This document shows, piece after piece, positions 1 to 9,305 of a stretch of DNA of 64,000 nucleotides. Below the pieces are notes generated by a model that saw nothing but the letters and a program-made list of their open reading frames with translations, made no database searches and was not told the DNA's origin. The stretch is from Candidatus Bathyarchaeota archaeon (GTDB lineage: Archaea > Thermoproteota > Bathyarchaeia > Bathyarchaeales > Bathycorpusculaceae): assembly GCA_963826715.1 (NCBI GenBank), contig CAWGYA010000006.1:96001-160000 (forward strand), read 5' to 3'. How positions within the stretch are numbered: the stretch's first letter is position 1; the number at the start of each line of letters is the position of its first letter. A program made the translations under genes and the position numbers.

Positions 1-282
1 ATCGCCAAATCCTCTGGTGCAGCTACAGGATTAAGCTTTCTCTTCGTACTACCACAGCTTTTCCTAGGCACCTTCGTTGGCGCATCTCTCTCAGGGGTAG
101 CTCAAACCGCAGGTAAATTCGTTCCTAGCTATTACGTTACAGATGCCCTCACATCGCTATTCCTCCGTGGCGCAAGCTTAACAAGTGTAACTGTCCTGAT
201 TGACTTCACAGTCATTTGTGCCTCATGCATCGGCATCCTGGCACTGGGCATAGTACTCTACGGGAAATACTACAAAATCTAA
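1..282 (+). CDS. C-terminal part of an ABC-2 type transporter permease (5' end outside the window)
   Basis: Frame 1 is open from base 1 to TAA 280-282: IAKSSGAATGLSFLFVLPQLFLGTF...FVPSYYVTDAL...GIVLYGKYYKI, a typical hydrophobic ABC-2 C-terminus. Confidence 0.75.
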   Translation: MAKSSGAATGLSFLFVLPQLFLGTFVGASLSGVAQTAGKFVPSYYVTDALTSLFLRGASLTSVTVLIDFTVICASCIGILALGIVLYGKYYKI

Positions 283-342
283 GCCTTCCTCTTCTCTCTT
301 TTTGAGCAATCATTTTTAGCCGCAAGCACATATCTCATTTAG

Positions 343-978
343 TTGATTAACTTGGTTGACGCTTGGCGAGAGCCATATCATATTGTTATCGAAGTGGAAA
401 ACAAAGAATGCAGAATGGTTGGCAAACTTAATGCTTTGGGTTTTAAGCACCTCAAAGTGGTAGATGTGCGAAGTTCCAAAAGCGGTTGCGTGCGACACCT
501 GATGGACCTAGGCGAGGATCAAGCAAAAAAAGTGCCCCGAGAACTCGCCGCAAAAGGTCATGTAGAAGGTAAATCTGCTGTTTGGCTGGAAAGCGAAGGA
601 TGTGGAGTCTGTAACACGATTTTGGCGCATGACGCTTTTTTGGTGTCAGGTAAAAGTATGCATGACAGCATCATAACCTACAGTTTCATGGTACCTACCC
701 ATGAAGCTTTCAGCGGTATAATCGCGGACTTGGAAAAAGCGGGGCACAAAGTCACCGTGCGCAAAGTAGGCAAATTTGAGCAACAAATCGGGGTTTTAAC
801 TGAGAATCAGGAACGCATTTTCTGGTTGGCGCTGAAAAGCGGCTTTTTTGATTATCCCCGCAAAATTGGGATGGCGGAGCTGGCGGCAAAACTCGGGATT
901 AGCGCTGCGACACTCTCGGAGATTATGCGCCGGGGCACACGGCGGTTGTTGGAGCACTATTTCCAAAGGGAACTCTAA
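343..978 (+). CDS. Bacterio-opsin activator-like (HTH_10) transcriptional regulator
   Basis: C-terminal LTENQERIFWLALKSGFFDYPRKIGMAELAAKLGISAATLSEIMRR signature. Confidence 0.85.
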   Translation: MINLVDAWREPYHIVIEVENKECRMVGKLNALGFKHLKVVDVRSSKSGCVRHLMDLGEDQAKKVPRELAAKGHVEGKSAVWLESEGCGVCNTILAHDAFLVSGKSMHDSIITYSFMVPTHEAFSGIIADLEKAGHKVTVRKVGKFEQQIGVLTENQERIFWLALKSGFFDYPRKIGMAELAAKLGISAATLSEIMRRGTRRLLEHYFQREL

Positions 979-1089
979 AGAGCAAGCTTTTTTGGTTTCA
1001 TGATCAAAGCTATTATCTAACAGTAGTGTTGATGGTATTAATATACAAAAGTAACCATTTGTCAGCTGTTTTTCTGAAGTCAGCCCAAA

Positions 1090-1110
1090 TTCCCTTATAT
1101 ATACGGGGAA
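1090..1110. promoter_or_regulatory. Palindrome CCC-T-TATATATA-C-GGG upstream of hcp (candidate operator/TATA)
   Basis: ttcccttatatatacggggaa ends ~45 nt before the hcp ATG. Confidence 0.4.
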
Positions 1111-1154
1111 AAAGCTATCAACTAATTCACCTATATTATTGTTAGTGAAAAATT

Positions 1155-2771
1155 ATGAGTCAAAATCAAATGTTCTGTTACCAGTGCGAACAAACAGCCA
1201 AAGGACAAGGCTGCACAGTCATGGGCGTATGCGGCAAAAACCCCCAAGTCGCCAGCCTCCAAGACCTACTTGTTTACAAGCTACGGGAACTCAGCCAGAT
1301 AGTTCTCCAAGCAAAAAAAGCTGGGTTTGCAGACGAAAAAACAGACGTGTTTACAGCAGAAGCGTTATTTGTAACCTTAACCAACGTAAACTTTGACCCA
1401 GATGCAATCATAGCCTACCTAAAGAAAGCCGAGGAAATCCAAAATCAGCTCCAAACCAAACTCAATATCAGCAAGGCCTACACAAAACTCGAAAACACAA
1501 GCGAAGGCATGGTTGAACAAGGCAAAAAAGTCGGCATAAACGCAAATTCAACCCTAAACCCCGACGTGCATTCGCTACAGTGGCTCCTAACATACGGGCT
1601 CAAAGGATTAGCCGCCTATGCATACCATGCGTATCTACTGGGCAAAAAAGACCAGAAAGTCTTCGATTTTATCAATGAAGGACTCGTTGCAGCACTTGAC
1701 AATACGTTGGGTGTAAATGAGCTTGTTGGATTAGTTTTCAAATGCGGCGAAATCAACATCCGCGCCATGGAACTCCTCGACGCAGGCAACACCGAGACCT
1801 ATGGGCACCCCGTTCCAACCAAAGTGTCGCTGGGACACAAAAAAGGCAAAGCCATACTCGTCTCAGGACACGATCTGTTAGATTTGGAAGAGATTCTGAA
1901 ACAGACACAAGGTACTGGAATTACAGTTTATACCCACGGCGAAATGCTGCCTACCCATGGTTACCCTAAACTAAAAGCCTACTCCAACTTCTTTGGGCAC
2001 TACGGCACCGCTTGGCAAAATCAACAGCGCGAATTTGCTCAATTTCCAGGCGCCATCCTCATGACCACAAACTGCATTCAGCGCCCTATGGAAAGTTATA
2101 GCAGTAACATTTTCACCACAGGACCCGTCGGGTTCCCCGGCATCGCCCACATCGAAGGTAAAGACTACTCAGCAGTAATCAAAAAAGCTCTGGAACTGCC
2201 AGGTTTCACAGATGATGTTGAAGGCAAAAATGTACTGGTAGGCTTCGGCAGAAACGCTGTGTTATCTGTCGCTGACAAAGTCATTGAATCCGTCAAAAAT
2301 GGTCACATAAAACGCTTCATCTTAGTCGGAGGATGCGATGGTGCAAAACCTGGACGTAGTTACTACACTGAGTTCGTGGAGAAAGCACCCCAAAACACAA
2401 TCATCCTAACGCTAGCTTGCGGCAAATTCCGCTTCTTCGACAAAGAACTTGGCACCATCGACGATATTCCGCGGCTGCTCGACATAGGACAATGCAATGA
2501 CGCTTACAGCGCAGTAAAAATCGCACAAGCACTCGCAGACGCATTCCATGTTGGAGTCAACGACCTGCCACTTTCACTTGTGTTATCCTGGTATGAACAG
2601 AAAGCCGTAGCCATACTACTCTCGCTGCTCTACTTGGGTTTAAAAGATATCCGAATCGGACCCAGTCTACCAGCCTTCATAACACCCAATATCCTCAACG
2701 TGCTGGTTGAGAAATTCAACATCATGCCCATCAAAACACCCGACGAAGACCTCGCAGCCATAATGAAATAA
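1155..2771 (+). CDS. hcp: Hybrid cluster protein (hydroxylamine/NO reductase)
   Basis: MFCYQCEQT..GCT..GVCGK N-terminus; GHDL, YTHGEMLP, TTNC, GGCDG, ACGK, GQCND, SWYEQKA motifs. Confidence 0.97.
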   Translation: MSQNQMFCYQCEQTAKGQGCTVMGVCGKNPQVASLQDLLVYKLRELSQIVLQAKKAGFADEKTDVFTAEALFVTLTNVNFDPDAIIAYLKKAEEIQNQLQTKLNISKAYTKLENTSEGMVEQGKKVGINANSTLNPDVHSLQWLLTYGLKGLAAYAYHAYLLGKKDQKVFDFINEGLVAALDNTLGVNELVGLVFKCGEINIRAMELLDAGNTETYGHPVPTKVSLGHKKGKAILVSGHDLLDLEEILKQTQGTGITVYTHGEMLPTHGYPKLKAYSNFFGHYGTAWQNQQREFAQFPGAILMTTNCIQRPMESYSSNIFTTGPVGFPGIAHIEGKDYSAVIKKALELPGFTDDVEGKNVLVGFGRNAVLSVADKVIESVKNGHIKRFILVGGCDGAKPGRSYYTEFVEKAPQNTIILTLACGKFRFFDKELGTIDDIPRLLDIGQCNDAYSAVKIAQALADAFHVGVNDLPLSLVLSWYEQKAVAILLSLLYLGLKDIRIGPSLPAFITPNILNVLVEKFNIMPIKTPDEDLAAIMK

Positions 2772-2780
2772 AAAACTATA

Positions 2781-2815
2781 CCGCCTTTAGGCGGATTTTC
2801 TCTTTTATTTTTTTG
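2781..2815 (+). terminator. Hairpin + T-rich tract between convergent hcp and isf
   Basis: CCGCC-TTTA-GGCGG followed by T-rich run. Confidence 0.5.
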
Positions 2816-2817
2816 TT

Positions 2818-3435
2818 TTAGCGGGAGTTAAAAAAGGAAGAGTTGGCTTCAGCTTTTGATGTGTTTAATTGTTTTATAAGCCAAGCCATGTTTTTACCCA
2901 GAGTTTCCATTGTTTTCATGCCTTCTTCATCCTTTGAGACGTCACCTATTGCTCGTCCTATACCTATGTTCCAGTATGATGAACCCGGAACAATCATCTG
3001 GCTAATCAGGAAGAAATGGTTTATTGCGTCAAAGGTGGGAATACCTCCTGCGCGTCGGACAGCCACGACAGCGGCACCGACTTTGCGTTTAAACATGGAA
3101 TCGTTGCCCATTGCAACGAAACCTGCGCGGTCGATAAACGCTTTTAGTTCAGGTGACATCATAGAAAAGTAAGTGGGGGAACCTAGAATTATTCCGTCAG
3201 CTTCCACCATCTTGGTGATGTAGCTGTTAACGTTATCATTAACTATTTTGCATTCACGGTTCTTGATTTTGCGGCAGGTCCCACAGGCAGTGCAACCATG
3301 AATCTGTTGACCTGCAAGTTCAATCAACTCGGTTTCTATACCTTCCTTTTCAAGTTCTGCTAGCACTTGGCGAATCAGTATTGCTGTGTTGCCATCTTTT
3401 CTTGCGCTACCAGAGAAAGCTACAACTTTCATCAA
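2818..3435 (-). CDS. Iron-sulfur flavoprotein (Isf / NADPH-dependent FMN reductase family)
   Basis: GSARKDGNT, CTACGTC-x7-C, GSPTYF, RRAGG motifs. Confidence 0.9.
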   Translation of the reverse strand: MMKVVAFSGSARKDGNTAILIRQVLAELEKEGIETELIELAGQQIHGCTACGTCRKIKNRECKIVNDNVNSYITKMVEADGIILGSPTYFSMMSPELKAFIDRAGFVAMGNDSMFKRKVGAAVVAVRRAGGIPTFDAINHFFLISQMIVPGSSYWNIGIGRAIGDVSKDEEGMKTMETLGKNMAWLIKQLNTSKAEANSSFFNSR

Positions 3436-3484
3436 ATCACCTGTTCAAATAATTGAACTTGTAGATAAAAAAGTAGCGCAAAAG

Positions 3485-4477
3485 CTACTTTCTTTTTCCA
3501 CGCAACCAAATTCCAAGCAATACTGAAGAGGCTAAAGCAACAAAAATCAACGTGAAAACAATTAAATCAATGGGTAAAACCGTAGTTTGGCTTAAAGTTG
3601 GAGTGGGTAATTTAGCGGGGCTCTGCATGAGCGGATAGCGATCTTGATTTAACAAATCAATCACATAAGCTGTGTCTCCTACGCCGTCGCCGTTGCCGTC
3701 AATTCCGGTATAGTCACTCCAGAAGTTGCCCTCTCTTCCGTTATCCCAGCTATGCGGTGGCTCTGAGCTATTGTAGTCTTTACATAAACAGCCATTGAGT
3801 TGCACCTCATTGTTTTCGAAATCATTGTGGTTTATGATTATATCTGAGGGTATGATTTCGTCAGTTTCTAGATTATTAAAGCCAAAAAATAAGCCTCGTT
3901 TGTTGTTTTCGACGTAATTGTAGGTTACGCTGTTGTTTAAGCCAGAGAGCAGGATCCCAACGATATTTTCACATATACTGTTTCTGGTGACAGTGTTGTT
4001 TTGAGTCCACATATACATTCCAATGCTAAAGTTTCTAATGTTGAGGTTTTGGATGGTAATCCCTTCAATGGCTTGGCTACCGAGGTCTATGCCAATGGTG
4101 TATTCGGCCATGATTCCCTGCGGGAGCTGGTCTGGACCTTCGCCGATAACCCAGACATCTACTTGAGTTCCATTGTAAGATCCATAGAGACTATAACCTG
4201 CTCCATCGAGAACTATGTTGCTCTTCTGGATTTTCATAGTGGCAAATAGGTTGTTGGTAAAAGTGTATCTGTTACCATCGCGCAGGATGGGCACATCAGA
4301 GGGATAGATGCTACCGTCTGGGCGAATAAAAACAGTTATTAAAGCACCGTTAGATTGGGACTGCGACTGTACACTCTGGGGATCGGCAAAGATAAATCCC
4401 ATTAACATGGAAACCACTATTATCATAATAACGATACCAGCGGCGAATTTCTTCTCCATTTTCCTTGCCTCTATCAC
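3485..4477 (-). CDS. Membrane-anchored NosD-like right-handed beta-helix surface protein
   Basis: Signal peptide, Asn-rich beta-helix repeats, GNFWSDY.GxDGNGDGVGDT..DRYPL motif, C-terminal TM + KRK. Confidence 0.85.
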   Translation of the reverse strand: MIEARKMEKKFAAGIVIMIIVVSMLMGFIFADPQSVQSQSQSNGALITVFIRPDGSIYPSDVPILRDGNRYTFTNNLFATMKIQKSNIVLDGAGYSLYGSYNGTQVDVWVIGEGPDQLPQGIMAEYTIGIDLGSQAIEGITIQNLNIRNFSIGMYMWTQNNTVTRNSICENIVGILLSGLNNSVTYNYVENNKRGLFFGFNNLETDEIIPSDIIINHNDFENNEVQLNGCLCKDYNSSEPPHSWDNGREGNFWSDYTGIDGNGDGVGDTAYVIDLLNQDRYPLMQSPAKLPTPTLSQTTVLPIDLIVFTLIFVALASSVLLGIWLRGKRK

Positions 4478-6108
4478 TCCAATTTTACTGAGTCTGATTT
4501 ATTTAACCAGTTCCTAGATTTAACTACCGTTTTACCAACCAGCTTGAGTTGCAAACAATCTTCATTGGGACACATCTCAACACATCGCAGACAGTAAATG
4601 CATTGTGAATTGGCGACGTCACCACTTTTCTTTTCGTAGACGTCACTTACCTGAGTGGGACAAACACGTTTGCAGATACCACATTTAGTGCATTTCTCCT
4701 CCACCTTATGCAGCCGCACCCCAGATATCCACTTGAACGGTGGAAAACGATTAAACAGTGCAATCAAGGCACCCAACGGGCAGATTTGACACCACGACCG
4801 CCTAAAGAAGAACGCTGCAACTGTAACTATGGCGAGAATTATCAGGTTAGTTGAAGTCAAATAAAATCCTATACTCCAGAAAAATCCGCCGGTATTCTGA
4901 ACAAGCCAATCAGGCCGCATCAACCCAACGCTCATCTCACCCAGCAGACACAAAGGCTTCATGGGGCAGACTTGGCAGAATGGAGCGGCAAAGTATGTAG
5001 ATATGAAGCCTCCTTTTTCGGTTCCATCAATTATTTGAGTGCCGAAAAGGGCTTGGGAGCCGAAAACCACGCTTAACAGGATGATTAGCGCCAAGATAAC
5101 GTAGCTGAGTTGGTGGAAGCGCTGGTTGAATCGATCGGAAAAGAGACGTCTCTTAACTTTCAGGGCTTTGCGAAGACGCGTCATCATATCCAAATACAAA
5201 CCAAAGGGGCACACCCAACCGCAGAATATCCTGCCCAAAAACACCGCAGCAACTATTACAATGCCGAAAACCACTGCCAACCGAAGAACCCCTTCAGATG
5301 AATAATGAACCCCCCAGCCACCCCCGACGTCAAAGAAGGGGTAAATATAGGTTTGAAGTTGCCAGAGCGCACAGGTGACGGTTTTACCGCATGGGTAATA
5401 GCAACCGAAAAACGGAGCTGGCAATCCATCGGGCATATCCACACCTAACACATTAGTTCCAATTAGGAGCTCATGAGGTGCAATTTGCTCAGCAGGTACA
5501 GGCAAAACGTAGTGGTCTACGAATATTCCAGCAAAAATCAGAAAAATCAAGCCTATTTGAATGAAGGTTCGAATAGAAGTGATTTTTCGGGTTTGGTTTC
5601 GAGTACCGAAATAAGCGATGACCGCACCAACGCTTAGCAAGACCGCCGTGATACCTATTACGGAAAAGTTGGCTTTATAATTAAGCGGCACACTGGGAGT
5701 CGGCGAGGGCGCGTTAGGATTGGCGGGGTCGGTTACCACTGCGAAGAGACGGTCGCAGATATGCCCGTCGATAACGAATATGTTCCAGTAACCTTCCATA
5801 TCGAGCTTCTGGGTAACAGTAAAGTTGCCGGTTTGATTATCAGTGAGTGCATACTGTTCAATGAAAGTATAGTCAGGACGGGTAAATGCTATACGCACCG
5901 TTTTGTTGTCTGCTGCAGGGCATACTTCGCCCGTAACAGTGACGGTTTCGTTGAGGTTAACGTCGGTGCGGTCAATGTCGCCTGTTATATGGGGTCCATA
6001 GCAGCTACTTGCTGGTTCAACGTATTGCACACTAAAAAGGTAAACAACAATTATTGCTGCTACGGTAAAGCTAAGCAATGTTCGTTGTTTAATCCCAATC
6101 ACACCCAC
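4474..6108 (-). CDS. NapH/MauN-like polytopic 4Fe-4S protein with N-terminal extracellular Ig-like domain
   Basis: GRIFCGWVCPFG, FCQVCP, RSWCQICPLG and two CxxCxxCxxxCP motifs; multiple TM segments. Confidence 0.85.
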   Translation of the reverse strand: MGVIGIKQRTLLSFTVAAIIVVYLFSVQYVEPASSCYGPHITGDIDRTDVNLNETVTVTGEVCPAADNKTVRIAFTRPDYTFIEQYALTDNQTGNFTVTQKLDMEGYWNIFVIDGHICDRLFAVVTDPANPNAPSPTPSVPLNYKANFSVIGITAVLLSVGAVIAYFGTRNQTRKITSIRTFIQIGLIFLIFAGIFVDHYVLPVPAEQIAPHELLIGTNVLGVDMPDGLPAPFFGCYYPCGKTVTCALWQLQTYIYPFFDVGGGWGVHYSSEGVLRLAVVFGIVIVAAVFLGRIFCGWVCPFGLYLDMMTRLRKALKVKRRLFSDRFNQRFHQLSYVILALIILLSVVFGSQALFGTQIIDGTEKGGFISTYFAAPFCQVCPMKPLCLLGEMSVGLMRPDWLVQNTGGFFWSIGFYLTSTNLIILAIVTVAAFFFRRSWCQICPLGALIALFNRFPPFKWISGVRLHKVEEKCTKCGICKRVCPTQVSDVYEKKSGDVANSQCIYCLRCVEMCPNEDCLQLKLVGKTVVKSRNWLNKSDSVKLE

Positions 6109-6501
6109 GAAGATCCATTACACTTTTAAGTTCATATATTTTTGCAAACAATCCCATTTTGGTTGCAACCTCACAGATGTGACTATATGCCTGTTTACCT
6201 TAAGTTGAAATAAAGCTTTTTGTCAAAAAATATTGAGTGACAAACGATTGTTTAGTCAAGGTTTCTTGACTAACCACTTGCAAATAATCGAATGCCAGTG
6301 AAAAAGTTTGAGCGTCAATTTATTGACATTTTATAAGCATTCAGAGTTCAGAAGGAAGGAAAAACGGAAACTACAAAGTTAAAAAACAAAGAAAGCAAAT
6401 GTTAATTGAATTTTTGCTTTTTGACCAAGAAACATAGTCAATTAAACCACAAAATAAAATTAGAAGTTCGCTGTTACGGGGAAAGACAATGGGACATCAG
6501 A

Positions 6502-7167
6502 ATGGACTTTGAAAAAAATAAACCCTTAACTATTATCTTGCTCATCGCAATAATGTTCTCTGGTGTAGGGATGTACAGCGCCTCAGTAAACGCAAGCACC
6601 TCAGATGATATCCGTGTTGCCTGCGTCGGCGATAGCATCACCGCTTATAGTGGATACCCCCAAAAGCTCCAGGGACTTTTAGGAAAAGAATATGTTGTCG
6701 CTAATTTTGGAGTTTCAGGCTCAACCATTTCGCAATGTTCCAGGCTCCCCTATCTTCTTCAGCCTCAATTTCAGAAAGCTGAGAAATTCAACCCAGACAT
6801 AGTCTTGATTATGCTGGGAACCAATGATGCTAACCGTGAACTCACCCTTAGCGATAGAAGTCTTGAAGAAGACTATACTCAGTTAGTAACATCTTTCCTA
6901 TCTTTACCCAATAACCCACAGGTTATAGTCGTGAAGGCACCACCTATTTTCACTAGCTCCGATTCCGCCTATAACAACACCAACCTTATTACCAATGTGA
7001 ATCCCCGCGTCGAAAATTTTGCCGCCCAAATGAATTTACCCACAATTGACATGTATCAAGCATTTGGTGACCACGCAGAATACTTCGCAGATGGTGTTCA
7101 TCCTAACGATGACGGTGCCTCCCTTATTGCATCAGTTTTGTATGATACAGTAAATTCTTGGGGGTAA
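6502..7167 (+). CDS. Secreted SGNH/GDSL hydrolase
   Basis: GDSIT, GVSG, LGTND, DGVHP blocks; signal peptide after ATG 6502 (track start 6406 is probably too early). Confidence 0.9.
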   Translation: MDFEKNKPLTIILLIAIMFSGVGMYSASVNASTSDDIRVACVGDSITAYSGYPQKLQGLLGKEYVVANFGVSGSTISQCSRLPYLLQPQFQKAEKFNPDIVLIMLGTNDANRELTLSDRSLEEDYTQLVTSFLSLPNNPQVIVVKAPPIFTSSDSAYNNTNLITNVNPRVENFAAQMNLPTIDMYQAFGDHAEYFADGVHPNDDGASLIASVLYDTVNSWG

Positions 7168-7242
7168 CTTTTAGAATTTAATAGATATGCAAAGTGTTAT
7201 AAACATAAATGAATATAGGTTTTTTAGGACTTTAGGACCACA

Positions 7243-8311
7243 ATGTGTCCTGAGAACTATGATAATTCTCTACCGGTACAGCTAATCCGTGCAGTTGCCA
7301 TCGTATTGGTTATTTTACTTCACGCATCAATCGAACCAACCCTACAGTTACCCAGATGTCAATACCGGGATCCCGCTTTGGTGGACATCGGATGTATATG
7401 ACTCCATAGCAAGAGTATCTGTTCCCCTCTTCATAATTTTGGCAGGAGCTCTTCTGCTTCAACCTTGCAAAGTGGATGAGCCCCTGAGAGTTTTTTTCAA
7501 AAAACGTTGGAACCGTATAGGCATACCGGTTCTTTTCTGGATAAGTGCCTATTTTGCATGGCGCTTTTTTGTTAATGGTGAAACCTTGACCTCGTTTTTC
7601 CAAGGGCTATTAGTAGGACCATATTATCACTTCTGGTTCATCTATGCACTATTCGGTTTATACCTAATTACGCCTCTCATTCGAGTAGTTGTTGCCCATG
7701 CAGAATGGAACGTAATTAGTTACTTCTTTCTCTTGTGGCTGGTAGGAACCGCAATTGTCCCTATTCTAAACCTATTCGTAAACATCAATCCAGAGGCTAC
7801 ATGGTTTAAGAATAGCGTTTTTCTGCTGACAGGTCTTGTAGGCTACTTTATTTTGGGTGCTTTCTGGAGTAAACTTCGGGTGCGCCCAGTGACTTTGTTT
7901 TTAATGTTTTCGATGAGTACACTCTGGACGGTAATTGCAACCTATTTTTTGGTTGGCATAATGGGTGAAATGTATAGTCAGTTCTTCCTTGACGCGTCCA
8001 GCTTCAGCGTTATAGTTGCTTCGGCATCATTGTTTCTCATTTTAGCCTCTGTCCCCAAGCGAACAATACAAAATCGTTTCCCCCGAGGAAGTCAACTCCT
8101 TAAAGTCGTCGGCGAAAACACCTTGATTTATCTGTTCCACGTCATGATTTTAGAAACCCTTGAGAAGAGCTATTTAGGTTTTAGGATAAGCGTTACAACC
8201 CTAAACCCCATAATTGAGATTCCGTTGGTGACGGCTGTTACATTGCTGATTTGCCTTGCCATAATTGTTCCGTTGAAGAAATTACCTTACGTGAAGCGAA
8301 TAATTGGATAA
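7243..8311 (+). CDS. Acyltransferase-3 family membrane O-acyltransferase with a frameshift near 7340
   Basis: Frame from ATG 7243 gives LIRAVAIVLVILLHAS (AT3 N-terminal motif); the next frame gives VPLFIILAG, KKRWNRI, YHFWFIY, IYLFH. Confidence 0.8.
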
Positions 8312-8599
8312 TCAAAGCTGCTTGATTCTGATTCAATCTGAAATTATTTAAAAGAGAAATACCCCTGTTTTACCATACTTATGCAACAATTAATGTTGCA
8401 AAAGTGACGCAAAAGTCGAAACACGAATAAACGGTACATTTTCAATTAAAATCCATGATAAAAAAGTTTTAAAACTTTTGGTTTTGCGACAATTTTAAGG
8501 TACAGTGAGTTAAGGCTAATTTGGGCTTTATTTAGCAAACAAAGAAAAAATATAGGTCGAGAAGACTTTACAACTACTTTAAAATGACTTTACAGCCGT

Positions 8600-8713
8600 A
8601 TGAACGATGAAAAAAGGGTTAAAATTGAAATAAACCACAGGTTAAACGATGTAGAGAAAACAAAGGTTGCAATGTGGTTTAATAATTTCAATCCAACCTC
8701 AAAAAAGCCATAA
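8600..8713 (+). CDS. Putative 37-aa small ORF in the repeat
   Basis: MNDEKRVKIEINHRLNDVEKTKVAMWFNNFNPTSKKP; open in both copies. Confidence 0.3.
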   Translation: MNDEKRVKIEINHRLNDVEKTKVAMWFNNFNPTSKKP

Positions 8714-8797
8714 TATGATAATTATAAATATCCCAGGTATACAATAACTTTAAGCATATGCTGCAAGAAGAAACTAATTGGACGGGGTAAAGGAGAT

Positions 8798-9040
8798 TTG
8801 GAGTTTTTTAGGTGTCCGCTTTGTGGTGGTCCTCTTTCTATGGATTTATGTGAGGATTGCGAGGGAAAATTTGTAATTGAATTTTTTTGTGAGGGTGAGG
8901 GTGATGATCGTTTTAGCTTTGAAATTAGATCTGGTTTGTCTAATCAAGATATTGCTAATTTTAAGGAAGGTGATTTGATCAAGAGAGAAATGTTGGTTAA
9001 GATCACTGAAAGAATAGAAGAAAAAGAAGATGAAATTTAA
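8798..9040 (+). CDS. 80-aa acidic Cys-rich (Zn-ribbon-like) protein, copy 1
   Basis: CPLC, CEDC motifs; AAGGAG RBS before TTG; duplicated at 42130. Confidence 0.75.
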   Translation: MEFFRCPLCGGPLSMDLCEDCEGKFVIEFFCEGEGDDRFSFEIRSGLSNQDIANFKEGDLIKREMLVKITERIEEKEDEI

Positions 9041-9057
9041 GAATCGTGCACAATGAA

Positions 9058-9246
9058 TTAGTGGCTGGTCACCGCGTTGCGAAAACTGGTATTTTCAGGA
9101 ATAAAGCCTTGTAGTCGCCTTATTGCTTCTTTTAAGCTGTTTTCACATGTCTTTTGAATGTTTAAACCCATCTCATAAGCCATGTTTACAAGTTCAGGGT
9201 TCAATTCTATTGCGTTTATTTGTGTGGTCACAGTGCAGACCTCCAA
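9058..9246 (-). CDS. CcdA-family antitoxin-like small DNA-binding protein
   Basis: IELNPELVNMAYEMGLNIQKTCENSLKEAIRRL resembles the archaeal CcdA-like pattern. Confidence 0.6.
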   Translation of the reverse strand: MEVCTVTTQINAIELNPELVNMAYEMGLNIQKTCENSLKEAIRRLQGFIPENTSFRNAVTSH

Positions 9247-9305
9247 AAATAATCAATTATTGACCATGAATATAGGCAAGTCTGTGCGTCGAAAAGTCTC
9301 AAATT

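Larger units (their letters stand above)
8344..9285 (+). repeat. Long direct repeat, copy 1 (copy 2 at 41676-42455)
   Basis: Near-identical from ttatttaaaagagaaatacccctg to ~9072 at offset 33,332; looser similarity resumes at 9225-9285. Confidence 0.95.

Noticed and set aside
3442-3459. GTTCAA-N4-TTGAAC dyad before isf as the same operator
   Set aside because: Spacer differs, it abuts the RBS and there is no third half-site
3485-6108. Nitrous oxide reductase (nos) cluster
   Set aside because: No nosZ/F/Y/L; NosD-like beta-helix proteins are generic surface proteins
7223-7250. TTTAGGAC direct pair as another operator of the regulon
   Set aside because: Wrong geometry (direct, abutting) and overlaps the ribosome-binding region
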